A DNA stretch of 64,000 bases from Eledone cirrhosa (GCA_964016885.1 OZ024740.1:343170001-343234000), one strand, 5' to 3'; numbered from the stretch's first letter, positions 40,797-55,048 are shown. Notes: generated by a model from the letters alone, not told the origin. Program-made: numbers and translations.

Positions 40797-41684
40797 TAGA
40801 CCTTCGTCAACACCTAATTTAAAATTTAAAATTTAAAATTCTTTTTAATCCTTTTTAATTGTAATATTCAACATTTGATAAGATGGATTACACCGATACA
40901 TTGAGACTGGTTATATTTTATATATTTTATATACATTATAAAACTGTGCTTTTTCTTTCTTATTATTCCTCTAATTTTTCAATAATGTCACTTTGACGGA
41001 TCAAAGAAGAAAAAAAGAAAAACAGATTTTTTAAATATATTTTCCATGCCAATCACACACACACGCGCACACACACACACACATACACACACACACTCTC
41101 CCCCTCTCTCTGTCTCTGTCTCTCTCTCTCTCTCTCGCTCGCTCCCTCTCGCTCTCTCTCTCTCTATCTCTCTCTCTCTTTCTCGGCGGCCTAGTTAGAG
41201 GAATCATAGACGGTGGTGATTCTGGTCTGAAGTTCGATCCGGGTCGGGAGTAGGGTTCTCGGTAAACCTTTAAACAGGGGCGGTTCTGCAGCATGGTCTC
41301 AGCCGGATGGCTGGAACAGGTAAAAGAGTAAAAGAGTATATATATATTCTTATAAAAAGGAAGTTTGTTTGTACGTTGACCGCTAATAACACCAAATAAA
41401 TTTGATAATAGTTAAGTTTTTCGGGTGTTTTCAACTAATCTGACCCTCATCAAGCTCGCTGTCAACTTATTTTCCAAAAATACAACAGTGGGAGAGTTGT
41501 GTGAGAATTTACTGCTGTTTCTAGCACACAGATACTGTCTGTTTGCCTCTCATGCTATCTATATCTAGAAAGTGAAATACTACTTTAACTCTCACTCAAT
41601 CCGCCCCCTCTCTCTCTAACTAACCAACTAAAACATTTCTACGTTTTATTCGTTTGTTGTCAGCCGGTTTGACATCTGACTCAT

Positions 41685-41735
<51 letters not shown>

Positions 41736-41949
41736 ACCTCTTTTCTCTCTTCCCCTCTCTGTCTCACTGCTTCTTTTTCTCTCTATCTGTATGTGTCTCT
41801 CACTTTTCCTCCATGTATGTGTATGTATATATTGAACCCGAAAGGATGAAAAGCAAAGCTAACGTCGGCGGTATTTGAACACAACAAAATATACAGCGTA
41901 CTTCTATTGTAAGTAGAGTGAGAGAAGAAAAAGTGGAGGTAGGCAAGTG

Positions 41950-43700
41950 AATAATTTATAACTCTTTTTAGTGAGAAGAGGGGTGAATGTAAGAACTGTT
42001 AATAGGGACAAAGATATTGACGAAGGTAAAAGAAATACCAGAGATCATAATAGCGTAGGAAACTAAGATGTGGTAGAAACAGTTGATGAAAGACATGAAG
42101 GCAATGTGTTTACTCCTAAAGAAGGCCATAATGCTGATACAGTCATTGATGTAATGACCATAAAATTCAAAGATAATTTCGGCGAACTGGGTCTCATTAT
42201 AACCCACAAAAAAGATTCGTGTAACTGATCTGTTTAAAAGAAAAGAATTTCCAATGAGATATTTAGAATATAGGACTATTAACGTATTACTATTGTTCTA
42301 TCTGCACTATCTTCAAACATTTTAAATGCTTATCGCTTAGTAAGCAGCTGTTGTATTCCTACTAAAATTACAGTAGATTTTTGTGGTACCTATTTTAGCT
42401 ATACCTGAGTCACGAAAGACAAAACAGTTTCGGGGTATTATAAAGTACTTGTGGTCTTTCCAACCTTTCGTTTTTGACTAGACATCTACGAAACTAGATT
42501 CAGGATCATTCATTTATGTCTCAAGAGCGTTTGCAATATTTTTGAAGTGAACTATTTACAAATCTGATCACTGATACGGCTTTGCCGAGAGCTTATTTTG
42601 CACTCGTTCGTCTAAATTGCAAATTAATTAACATGAACAATACCTTATAATTAACGTTTAATTAATATTTGATTTGTTTAAAGGGGATTTACATTTTCTA
42701 TAGGATTATTTCTGTATATTTAAAGGAAGCGAAACTAAATATTGGTCCTTAAGGGTCGTTTATATTGTATGGATCCTATATTGAAACAAATAGAATTAGG
42801 GATCAGCTTATGTTCTACAGTGGTTTGAGATATTTAACTTAGGGGTACTTAATTGACCAATACACAGTTGAATTCAGATTCTACGAGTGGCATATGTCAG
42901 AAATTCTTCTTGATACTGAATTTATTGGTAGGGTAGGAACGACGTTGACCTACAGGCTGAGGTGAGAATTGTTTCGTATCACGTCTGGCAACGAGTTGAG
43001 TTTTAATTATTCCTTATGTATGAGAGACTTTTGTTATTGCCTAGAAAGGCATTTTAATCGGTTGAAATTGATGCTCTTGATATTCTATCTTCGACAAGTT
43101 GGTAGATAAAACACGTTTCGGAGTGGGCAAGAACCGTAAGCAATGGCGTCAAATTACGGGAGGATCCCAAAAGAAATTTAGCAAAGTATTTAGAATAAAG
43201 AAGATGAATACAGTAGCAGCCTAACCATTGGTGTTCGAGATAGTTTTATGTCAGAGAAAATCTGCAGTCACTCGTGTAATATATAGGAAATACAAATAAA
43301 TACACACGGCACCACAGTTTTGAGGATCTGTTAAAGGTCCGAGTTAACTCTGGTCTCATGGCATAAATTAAATGGGATATAAGCTCTTACATTCCAAGCT
43401 AGAAGGAGACCATACATCCCTGCCTACAAAGGCCCGAGAATTCAATCTAGTTTTTCAATTAGATTCTCCAGTGCAATCAAAGCCAGGCACATCATTTCTT
43501 AGACAATATGTATGCGAGAAAATTACGCAACATGCAATACAGTAAACGACACTATTATATATAAAGTGATTCTCCAAAGTTTAGAGTCTAAACTACTACT
43601 TAAATTAAACATTCTGCTGAATACACGAGGGATGCGTGTGGCTTCAATCTAATTAGGGCTCACATTTCATATGCTCTTTCGTTGGTATATTTTAGCTGTT
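41950..43700 (+). pseudogene. Possible ancient, heavily decayed APE-type LINE fragment
   Basis: Microsatellite-free ~1.8 kb with remnants in the expected order resembling GDFN (~43020), L.D.W (~43095), YLD (~43185) and WKLN (~43360); no open frame. Confidence 0.3.
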
Positions 43701-43889
43701 TTAGATCGAGATTCTATTATTAATTTAATATGAAATTAGTTAACTTTGTTACTTCATGGTGAGAGGGTGGGTAATGAATGCTCCTGTGTCAGAGATGGCA
43801 AGCAAATCATTTGCTTGAATTAGATTACATTAATAATTTTCACTGAATAACTCAAGTTCAACCTGTTTGATTGAAAGAAACAACAGCCC

Positions 43890-43937
<48 letters not shown>

Positions 43938-44384
43938 ATACTTTGGGAGGGTCATGTTGCCAATAAGAAACACACGCACCAGTTGCTTTCACTTCAATTT
44001 ATTATAAATTAAATTTATACATTTAGGAATTTATAAATTTCCGGTTGGTGGGTTGGTTCTACAACCATACGATTGTTCATATATTGTCAAAGTTCTTTCG
44101 TCACACATTCTGTTACCTTTTCAGTGACTGGGGATTCTTTTCTTTGTTTTTGTGCCTCTCCTTTGTTCTGTCCTACGCCATCTTGGTTTTGTTGTGTGCT
44201 TAGTTTGCGCATGTGTTACATCCGGGTGTCTGTGTGTGTTTATATTGTTTATTTATTTGTTTATTTACATGTTACTGGTTGGTTGTTTGTTCTATGTGTG
44301 TGTGTGTTTTCATTTTGTCCTTAATTGTAAGTTGTATGTTGCTATTCCATTCATGTTTTCTATTTAATTTTGGTTGGAGTTCAT

Positions 44385-44658
44385 TTATGTTTTTGCCTCT
44401 GTGATTTGTCTAAACATTGCGTCTTTTCTGTGTGTAGATTCTATTTTTATTTCTATGTTCTCTAATTTACCCTTATGTTCTATTTTAGCATGTTGGTAGA
44501 GTACAGATGATTCTTTACTATCTTGAAGGTCTCGCCAGTGTTCATTTATCCGTTCCACTATACTACAAACTGTCTCACCTATGTACACTATATTCTTATC
44601 TCTACATTGTCCTTCAGTACATCTTATGCTATATACTACATTTCTAGTTTTACAGTTA
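44385..44658 (-). mobile_element. Penelope-like element GIY-YIG endonuclease fragment
   Basis: NCKTRNVVYSIRCTEGQCRDKNIVYIGETVCSIVERINEH...SSVLYQH...FRQITEA: the VVY-YIG motif with the Cys spacing of PLE endonucleases. Confidence 0.9.
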
Positions 44659-44849
44659 ATATACTATATTTCTAGTTTTACAGTTAATATACTATATTTC
44701 TAGTTTTACAGTTAATACAGACCTCCCTGTATAGATAAGAAATGTATAATCTGTAAACTATTAACTGTAAAACTAGAAATAATCTTATAAGATATATATA
44801 TTAAATAAATATATATTAAATAAATATAATCTTATAAGGTATGTATATT

Positions 44850-45010
44850 AAATTTGATAGTTTGTATAATTTTGCATAATTTTGTACATAGTTCTGTTGA
44901 ATATGCATGCCAATTCTAACACATATATGTCCTAGAAACGATCGTTAAATAATGAACTTTTTTTGTTTAATATAAGGAACTGTTTCATTGTTTTATTCAT
45001 TATTTTTTTA
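44850..45010 (+). mobile_element. Solo copy of the arm of the 52.7-kb Penelope-like cassette
   Basis: Matches 52730-52880, including GAAA-cgatcg-TT. Confidence 0.85.
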
Positions 45011-45034
45011 ATACTTTATATTTATATATATATA

Positions 45035-45525
<491 letters not shown>

Positions 45526-45865
45526 TGCAATCAATGCATGACTAAAATACTGACAATACTGGCCAATATTTTGAATAGAAGAGAGAAGAAATTTCTCCTA
45601 GGTGTTATCACATGAGAAAATTCAGAATTTTATCCCTTATGCATATCCCTGTAGAGGAAACGTTCGAATTGCAAGCTAGATAAATGCCAACTCAAAACAA
45701 ATTGCAGTAAAATGTGAAGAATCATTATCTATTAATCGACAGTTATTTTCCCTAGAGTGAACAACTCTACCATCATACATACTGAAAACTTATGACTAGC
45801 GATAAACAATGGAGTCGAAATGTTCTAGCGCCATCTAGAAGAATTTCATGTCTCTCTAAATAACA

Positions 45866-46094
45866 TCCGGGCCACATCCTTCGTTTGCCGGCAGATCGAC
45901 CTGAACATATTGCCATGGATTGGGTACCAGAAGGTGGCAGGAGAGAACGGGGAAGATCACGAAAAACATGGCGGAGCACATTCAGGGAGGACCTGCGGGA
46001 AATGGGAATTACCTGGAGAGGTGCTAGAAGGGCCGCCAGTGACAGGATCAAGTGGAGGAAGCTCGTCGCCCAATGTTCCACTAAGACTAAATAA
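45866..46094 (+). mobile_element. RTE-clade LINE 3' fragment
   Basis: GHILRLPADRPEHIAMDWVPEGGRRERGRSRKTW...DRIKWRKLV, the typical RTE ORF terminus. Confidence 0.85.
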
Positions 46095-46179
46095 TGTCGC
46101 CTGAGAAATCGTGCAACACATGAAACATTGCATAGCAACGCAGAGAAATGCGAGTTGCAGATAAATAATATATATATGT

Positions 46180-46275
<96 letters not shown>

Positions 46276-46284
46276 ACACACAGA

Positions 46285-46430
<146 letters not shown>

Positions 46431-46691
46431 AATGAAAGGTATAGAAATTGTTGTAGCGAGAAGCCAACAGTATTCAATAACATATATGCGACTACGGCGT
46501 CAAGATGGGAAAAATAGTTAACGTAAGATGTAGGAAAAATAATTCAAACTCATCTCAAAAGAGAATCAGGATATAAATTCATCCACAGAATTTAGTGAAA
46601 TCCAGGGAAAAATCAATAGAGCCTTAACTCATGATAAAATAAAGTCTAAAATACTTATCCTTCAATTTGGAAAAACATCATATATATATAT

Positions 46692-46782
46692 ATATAAAGA
46701 ATAAGAAGCACGAAAGAGTCAATAAGCTATCAAACTAATAGTTTGATAGAATATCGACTCTTTGGTGTTTCTTATTCTTTAT
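46692..46782. repeat. Imperfect palindrome between TA runs
   Basis: aaagaataagaagcacgaaagagtcaata..ctatcaaact / agtttgatag..tatcgactctttggtgtttcttattcttt. Confidence 0.75.
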
Positions 46783-47040
46783 ATATATCAGCTCTGCATG
46801 AACCCCATTGCATCGAGGTTTAAACCCTCTGGTAAAGTCTATACCCAATAATAGCAACACTGTTATTATATATATATATATATATATAATATAATATACG
46901 AAAGAGTATGTCTTCAATTACAGGGGGCAGAAGGCCACTAGAGTAAAAAACATAAAATCATAAAAACATAAAACACCTGGACAGACGAAAAGAAAAGAAT
47001 GTTTCGCCCTAAACAGTGTAAGAATCATATCCACTCAGGG

Positions 47041-47194
<154 letters not shown>

Positions 47195-47500
47195 AATATA
47201 TATATATATATATGAGTGTGTGTGTGTGTGCACAGGTGTGGGTATATACTTAAGAAAAGAGAAATTAACACACATTGTGGGAGTTGCATCTGATAAAATA
47301 AACGTGTTTACGTCGGGAAACCTGTGGTAATACGGAGATAAATCAAACTGTTAATACATATACATTATATATATGGGCGCGTGTGTGTATATGTGTGTGT
47401 GTGGTGTGTGTGGTGTGTGTGAGTCTGTGCGGGTCTGTCTATCTGTAGATAGATAGATAGATAAAACACAGAAACCAGTGAGGCTATTACTGGTATATGC

Positions 47501-47576
<76 letters not shown>

Positions 47577-48121
47577 TATGTGTGTGTGTGTGTGTGTGTG
47601 TGTTAATAAATGTATCTATGTATGTGTGAGAATTGACGTCAGTAACTTTAGTTTAGCAAGGATAGTAAATGGCTTTGGTTGATTGATGTATGAAGGTAAA
47701 ATTAAACACTGATATGGAAAGTAATACGTAACGATACAGATCTACAAGAATACATACGTGCATACATGTATGTATACATGCATACACACACACACACATA
47801 TATATATACATATATATATATATATGTATATCTAATATCTAATATATATATAATATATAATACACATATATATATAATATTATATATATATATAACAAAG
47901 GAATTGTGGTAAGGAAACAGATGGACCATAACGCACCAGAGTATTCAATACTTAGGGTAGTAGAGTGGGAAATAGGAAAAAGTATGACCCCGACGGCAGA
48001 GCTCAAGCCATTTCGACGGCTATATATATATATATATATATATATATAGGTAAGTTATTCTGGGTTGAATCGGAGGTAACCACAGTAAGTAAGATACTCA
48101 ATACATAGCAGAGTATAAAAT

Positions 48122-48202
48122 GTTTTAATATAGATGAGATTCCTGATGATTTCTAAAGAATGAAACAGTTCTAGTCCTGTAGAATCTCATCTATATTAAA
48201 AC
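48122..48202 (+). ncRNA. Complete type I hammerhead with a perfect 21-bp stem I
   Basis: gttttaatatagatgagattc-CTGATGA-tttc-taaa-gaat-GAAA-cag-ttctagtc-ctG-TA-gaatctcatctatattaaaac. Cleavage after 48181. Confidence 0.9.
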
Positions 48203-48557
48203 TATATATATATATATATATATATAAATATATAAGATATATATATGTATATATAATATACATATATATACATATATATAATATATATATATATATAATA
48301 TACGTGTGTGTAAATGTGAGAGTGCGCATGTATGTATATACACACACACACATATATATATAAACACACGCCTAAAATCCCCAGCCATAGCTCTCCCCCG
48401 CCCTAGACGACAAGCACCACTACCACCACTACCACCACCACCACCACCACCACTACAACTACCAACGGGACAAGAGAAACCCCACCACAACACTACGTCA
48501 ACACCACCTAACAACCCGTTTAAATACAACAACAATCACAAATACCATCAGTATTAT

Positions 48558-48949
48558 GACGCCATGCTTTCTAGCATAGTTACGTCCCTTTATGATCTGA
48601 GTTCAAATCCCGCCGAGATTAACTTTGCCTTTCATCCTTACGGGGTCGATAAAATAAAGTACCAGTAATGCACTGGGATAATTGCTGGCCTTGTGCCAAC
48701 AGTAGAAACAATTATTATTATTACTGAGGGCGGCGGGGTCGCAGTATCGGTAGAGGGTCGGCCACCATGCTTTGCAGCATAGAGTCACGGCCCTTTATGA
48801 TCTGAGATGAAATCCCACCGAGGTTAACTTTGCCTTTCATCCTTACGGGGCCGATGAAATAAAGTACCAGTCACGCACTGGGGTCGATATAATTGACATT
48901 CTCCTACCCCAAAATTGCTGGCCTTGTGCCTATATAAGAAACCATTATT
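48558..48949 (+). mobile_element. Two tandem SINE family A copies (48558-48722 short and truncated; 48728-48949 long and full)
   Basis: The family body is repeated twice; the second copy starts in the (ATT)n tail of the first. Confidence 0.9.
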
Positions 48950-49060
48950 CTTATTACCATTATATTATCATCATAATCATCATCATTGATTAAATGAACA
49001 AATAAAAAAATAAAATAAAGTAATTCTTCTTCTTCTTCTTCTTCAAATAATAATAATAAT

Positions 49061-49246
49061 AATTGTTTCTACTTTAGGCACAAGGCCAGCAATTACCCAG
49101 TGTATTACTGGTACTTTATTTTATCGACCCCATAAGGATGAAAGGCAAAGTTAACCTCGGCGGGATTTGAACTCAGAATGGCAAGGGCTGTAACTCAAAG
49201 CGCCAAAGCATGGCGTCCGACCCTCTACCGATACTGCCAATCCACC
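49061..49246 (-). mobile_element. SINE family A, short variant
   Basis: Matches the family; an inverted 3' fragment follows at 49266-49332. Confidence 0.9.
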
Positions 49247-49508
49247 AATAATAATGATTTCATTTAATTATCCCAGTACCAGTAATACACTGATGCAATT
49301 GCTGGCCTTGTGCCAAAAGTAGAAACAATTATATTATTATTATTATTATTGTTATTATTATTATTTTCAGTAAAATAATGGCCGTGCATTTTCTCTCTTC
49401 CATTCACTCTCCCCCTCTCTCTTCCCCTCTCTCTCCCTCTCCCCATCTCTCTTCCTCTCCCCCTATATCCCCCTCTGCCCATCTCTCTCTCTCTGGTTCT
49501 TTTGTCAG

Positions 49509-49571
49509 GACTGGTTAAAGGCAAACATTTACGAAGTTATTGATGCGGAGGTTGTAGCGGTTGATGGTTGA
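49509..49571 (+). CDS. Candidate terminal exon (DWLKANIYEVIDAEVVAVDG* or GLVKGKHLRSY*), product unknown
   Basis: Long pyrimidine tract and ttcttttgtcAG|G, followed by CpG-rich unique sequence. Confidence 0.25.
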   Translation, partial: DWLKANIYEVIDAEVVAVDG

Positions 49572-49739
49572 CGGAGGCGACCGAAACAGATGATAACGGG
49601 TTAAAGGTTCAGCGGTTGGTGTGCTGCTATCACCCAGTGTTTACGTTCGCACGGTGAACGCGCGTTAAAGATGTTAGATTAAACATGCATAGCACAAGCT
49701 GTTAACCCCCAGGACACCGGTGAAAGATAAAGAGTATCG

Positions 49740-49782
49740 GCAAGACGATTGCTTTGGCCATGTGTTACATTGTTAGTATGTA

Positions 49783-49813
<31 letters not shown>

Positions 49814-49924
49814 CTTTGTGTGTGTTTGTGTATGTGTGTGTTTGTGTATGTGCACGCGCGTGTGTGTTTTCTAATGTGTGTGTGTGCAAGACGATTGCTT
49901 TGGCCATGTGTTACATTGTTAGTA

Positions 49925-49986
<62 letters not shown>

Positions 49987-50152
49987 TGTGTGTGTGTGTG
50001 TGTCTGTGCGTGTGTCTGTGTGTGTGTATGTGTGTGTGTGTGTGTGTGTGTGTTTGTGTATGTGTGTGTTTGTGTATGTGCACGCGCGTGTGTGTTTTCT
50101 AATGTGTGTGTGTGCAAGATGATTGCTTTGGCCATGTGTTACATTGTTAGTA

Positions 50153-50200
<48 letters not shown>

Positions 50201-50340
50201 TGTGTATGTGTGCGTGTCTGTGTGTGTGTATGTGTGTGTGTGTATGTGTGTGTATGTGTGTGTGTGTGTGTGTTTGTGTATGTGCACGCGCGTGTGTGTT
50301 TTCTAATGTCTGTGTGTGCATGTGTTACATTGTTAGTATG
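49740..50340. repeat. Compound minisatellite: constant gcaagacgattgctttggccatgtgttacattgttag block plus variable (TG)n, 3 units and decayed derivatives
   Basis: Units start near 49740, 49886 and 50114. Confidence 0.85.
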
Positions 50341-50344
50341 TATA

Positions 50345-50380
<36 letters not shown>

Positions 50381-51569
50381 TGTGTTACATTGTTAGTATG
50401 TATGTGTGTGTGTGTATGTCTTACATTGTTAGTATGTATATGTCTGTGTATATGCGCGTGTGTGCTTGTTTGTGTGTATGTGCATGCGCGTGTGTGTTAA
50501 TGTGTGTATTTTCTAATGTGTGTATGTATGTGTTACAGTGTTAGTATGTATGTGTGTGTGTGTATGTGTGTGTGTGTTTTTGTGTGTGTGTGCACGCTGG
50601 TGTGTGTTAATGTGTGTGTGTGTATGTGTCACAGTGTTATCATGTATATGCTTGTGTATGTACGTGTGTGTGTGTGTGTTTGTTTGTGTGTATGTGCACG
50701 CGCGTGTTTTCTAATGTGTGTCTGTGTGTGTAACAGTGTTAGTATGTATGTGCCTGTGTATATGCGTGTTTGTGTGTTTGTTTGTGTATATGTGTGTGCG
50801 CGCATGTGTGTGTTAATGTGTGTGGTTTCTAATGTGTGTTAATGTGAGCGTGTGAGTGTGTGTTTGTGTGTGCGTATGTATGTCTGTTTGCTGATGTTGT
50901 GTGTGTTAAGTGTTAGTATGTATGTGTGTATGTGCGCACATGTGAGTGGTGTGCGTATGTTTGTTAATGTGTGTGTGTGTTACAGTGTTAAAGTGTGTGC
51001 GTTTCTGGGTATGTATGTCTTAGAAGGTTAGTATGTGTTTGTGTATGTTGACGTGTGTGTATTAGTGTGTGTTTGTGTATGAGTGTGTGGTAGTGCCTAT
51101 GAGTATGTGTTAGTGATTTAGTATTTTTATTATTGAGTCAGTGTTTTTCTGTTGGTTTGTCTGTATGTTAATGTTTTTGTGTATTTGTGTGTGTGTGTGT
51201 ATGTGTGTGTGTGTGTGGGGGGGGGGGGGGTGTGTGCGTGTGTGTGCATGTGTATGTTTGTGTGTTTGTCTATGTATATGAGCGAATTTCTACGTGTGCG
51301 TGTGCACAAGCACGTGTGTATATGTAGGTGTTAGTATTTGAGTTGGCGTGCAACAGAGGTGTGTACATGGGTGAACATGTAAGAAAAGAAGTGTTTGTAT
51401 ATCTATTTGTATGTAAGTGTTGGTGAGTTAATACAAACCAACATATAAAGAGAAAGGGAAGTATAAGGAAAAAGTGAGTTAAAGGGAGAGAAAAAGGGAG
51501 GAGCCGGGGTAGAAGAGAGAGTGGGGTAGAGAGAGTGTGTGTGAGAGAAGGGGAGGTTACTGAAATAAT

Positions 51570-51745
51570 AATAGTTTCTAATTTAGGCACAAAGGCCAAC
51601 AATTATTTTTTGGGGAAGTCGATTAAATCAGTCGCAGTGCATAGCTGGTGCTTTATTTATCGACCCCGTAATGATGAAAGTCAAAGTTAACCTCGTCGGG
51701 ATTTGAACTCAGACCGTAAAGGATCGTAATTAGATGCCGCAATCA
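51570..51745 (-). mobile_element. SINE family A, long variant, head truncated
   Basis: Body matches the family. Confidence 0.8.
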
Positions 51746-52094
51746 TTCTTCTTCTTCTTCTTCTTCTTCTTCTTCTTCTTCTTCTTCTTCTTCTTCTTCT
51801 TCTTGAGAGGTTCGTGGAGGCAGAGTCCTCAAACACTCCTTCCAGCCTGTGGAAAATACGTACACATCCCTTCATCATCGCCTGTCCGCTGAAGTTTGCC
51901 ACGATTTCGGCTAATTAAGAACACGATCGTACATTCCGGTGCAACAGCGATTGAAACATCCTAATATCCGGTAAACAGTGTGGTTTTCCGACTTAGTTGA
52001 CATGAAAACAATTTAAAAAGTGTTAGTACAAATCCTGAACTGAGAACAAAATGCAAGGATAACAAACTAGAACAAGTGTACAAATTTTCAAACA

Positions 52095-52152
52095 TTAATC
52101 CTTGAGAAGCCAAAGCAAAATGCGAAGTGGATAGCGTGCTGTCGGCAGCCAC
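52095..52152 (-). CDS. Candidate exon ((R)WLPTARYPLRILLWLLKD*), product unknown
   Basis: Pyrimidine tract and cccgttctcAG|G acceptor; unique sequence downstream. Confidence 0.25.
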
Positions 52153-52256
52153 CTGAGAACGGGTAGTGTGGGAGTTATAAAAAAGAAGCGAGAGAAAGAT
52201 AGAGAAAGAAAGACAGAAGAAGACAAGAAATAGTGGGTGATGTTAATAGTACAATA

Positions 52257-52353
<97 letters not shown>

Positions 52354-52489
52354 GATAAATCTACCAAGAGTTTACGGTAGTGTCCAATCCGTATGAAGAA
52401 CTCAATGTATTCCGGATATCATGGAAAGAAGAGATGTAATGAAAAATCACTTTCGGTGAAAGATAAACAGTATACAGAGTCAAGATAAA

Positions 52490-52891
52490 ATATTAAACAA
52501 ATAATGAATAAAACAATGAAACAGTTCCTTATATTAAACAAAAAAAGTTCATTATTTAACGATCGTTTCTAGGATATATATGTGTTAGAATTGGCATGCA
52601 TATTCAACAGATCTATGTACAAAATTATACAAAATTATACAAACTATCAAGATTAAATATACAACCAAACACACATATACGCCGTCTTCAGAAGACGGCG
52701 TATATGTGTGTTTGGTATGTATATTTAATCTTGATAGTTTGTATAATTTTGTATAATTTTGTACATAGATCTGTTGAATATGCATGCCAATTCTAACACA
52801 TATATATCCTAGAAACGATCGTTAAATAATGAACTTTTTTTGTTTAATATAAGGAACTGTTTCATTGTTTTATTCATTATTTGTTTAATAT
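52490..52891. repeat. Near-perfect palindrome (200-bp arms, apex 52690) built from a hammerhead-bearing Penelope-like end
   Basis: Apex gccgtcttc-A-gaagacggc. Minus strand CTGAAGA-c-ggcgtatatgtgt...acacatatatatcc-ta-GAAA-cgatcG-TT. Confidence 0.92.
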
Positions 52892-52892
52892 G

Positions 52893-52932
<40 letters not shown>

Positions 52933-53000
52933 AATCCACGAAAAAAGTATGGAGTGCCGATAGCAATATGGCAGTAATCAGCATTATTCACCAACATGCA

Positions 53001-53046
<46 letters not shown>

Positions 53047-53174
53047 CTTAGACATATATGTGTTGAACATAGCATATATTTATTCGTCTAACTTGTGTCA
53101 TATTATAACAAAAGCTTTCAACAAATATTTAATGGTAAGTCAAAAAATTCAGAGCTGCTTCACATGTTTTATAT

Positions 53175-53355
53175 AATTGTTTCCACTTTTGGCACAAGGC
53201 CAGCAATTATCCCAGTGTTTTTGCTGGTACTTTATTTTATCGACCCCGTAAGGATGAAAGGCAAAGTTAACCTCGGCGGGATTTGAACTCAGACCGTAGA
53301 GGGACGTAACTATGCTGGAAGGCATGGCGTCCGACTCTCTACCGATACTGCCAAT
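53175..53355 (-). mobile_element. SINE family A, short variant
   Basis: Matches the family. Confidence 0.9.
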
Positions 53356-55048
53356 AATAAAATATAATATGGAACAGAGTTAAAGAACTAAGGAAAATCA
53401 CACAAAGTAAATATTTGGTTTAATACTTATTTTGTCCAGGACATGGCCACGTTTCTGTGAACCAAAGTTAGTATTCGTTTAATAGGCTAGCTTTCATGAA
53501 AGAGACAGTAGTATAAGCTGTTAACTAGCCTGTGGACATATGCGGACGCTGGTTGGCCACTGTTTTGATTAGAATCAAACGAAAAGAACGAACATGTTAG
53601 AGGGCCCTCTGATGTCTTTCTTGAGGTAAAATTGCCCCAAACAAATTCCTCTATGCAGCAAGAAAACACGACACATATGTATTTAATACAGGACATAGAC
53701 ATACATATGTTGAATCTAACACACTTTTTATTTGTCTAACTGGTCTTTTTATATTTCGATTTTGGGTCTGCAACATTTTCAACAATATGACCTACCTTGA
53801 CCGGAACTGGACCAGCAGGAAATGAACGCTGGTGGCAGGTTACCAAACATTACTCTATCTGGTCTGTAGACCAACACTTAATCACCTTAATCCCTTGTTG
53901 CTCCGAACTATAAAGTAAAGCAATTTAAGCGAAAAAAAATGAGCAATAACATCAAGAACAAATAGAAACAAAATCAATGACAAAGATAACGAAAGATCTC
54001 AGATGAAAGAACTAAAAGATGAAAATGGAAGGAGGGAAGAAGAAGAAAAAATATAGAGATAAAAGCCAAAATAATGGTTTCTAACATAGGGCAGAAATAT
54101 AGAGATAAAAGCCAAAATAATGATTTCTAACATAGGCTAGAAATGTTAGGGGGAGGAGCATAATCAATTTAGTCTGCTCCAGTACCTGACTGGTATTTAT
54201 TTTATAGTCTCTGGAAATACGAGAGGCAAAGTCTTTTGATTCCTCCATTTTAGAATCGTAATAATATAATGGAAGGATGATGCATAGTTGACGCTAGCGG
54301 TGGAAAGAAAATCAGTGTCCATGCCACTTTCGTTTCTCAAATCGGAGATGTGACCGAAATGCTTGCAAGTGGATTATGTAAAAAAGTACCCATGTGACGA
54401 GAGAATGTTAAACCGAGTGACGAATCAATCTACCACCCTAGTGATGGATTTGAACCAAAGTTACAAAGAGCCGGTACAAAATAACCCGAGGCGTTTCGTT
54501 CAGCCCTTCATAATCCTCGCCAAACCACCGCTCTGGATTGGTACTATATTTTAACAACCCAGAAAAGACGAGAGGCAAAGGTTACTTCGATGGGATTTGA
54601 ACTTTTTGCTCAAAGAACCAGAAGAAATTCCGCAATATATTTTGGCTGCTCTAAGGAGACATGGCAAAATCCCACATAGCGCTTTCTTGATGTTCTAATG
54701 ACTCTGCCACTCAATTTTATAATAATAATGATTTTTAATATATAGAGAAAGACGACATAAAAGTCTATTTAATAGTACAATCGATTTAATTACCTCAGTA
54801 TTTCACTGGTACTTATTGTATCATCCAACGACCTAATTCTACACTAATAATGATTAAAAAAAAAGTAGTCAATTAAACCGACATCAGTACTTGACTGGTA
54901 CTTATATTAACGGTGCCAGAATATGAGACAAAGGTAATAATGGCAAAATTTCAACTCAGAGCATAAAGAGATGTGACTAAATATTCCAAATGTATTTAAC
55001 CTGTTTCTTTACCGATTTTGCCATCAACAGTTTTTCCATTCAAAGAAA

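Noticed and set aside
40870-40920. Further decayed hammerheads (also ~30870, ~44030, ~47000, ~62090)
   Set aside because: Two or more core changes or only half a motif, so not distinguishable from chance without a family consensus.
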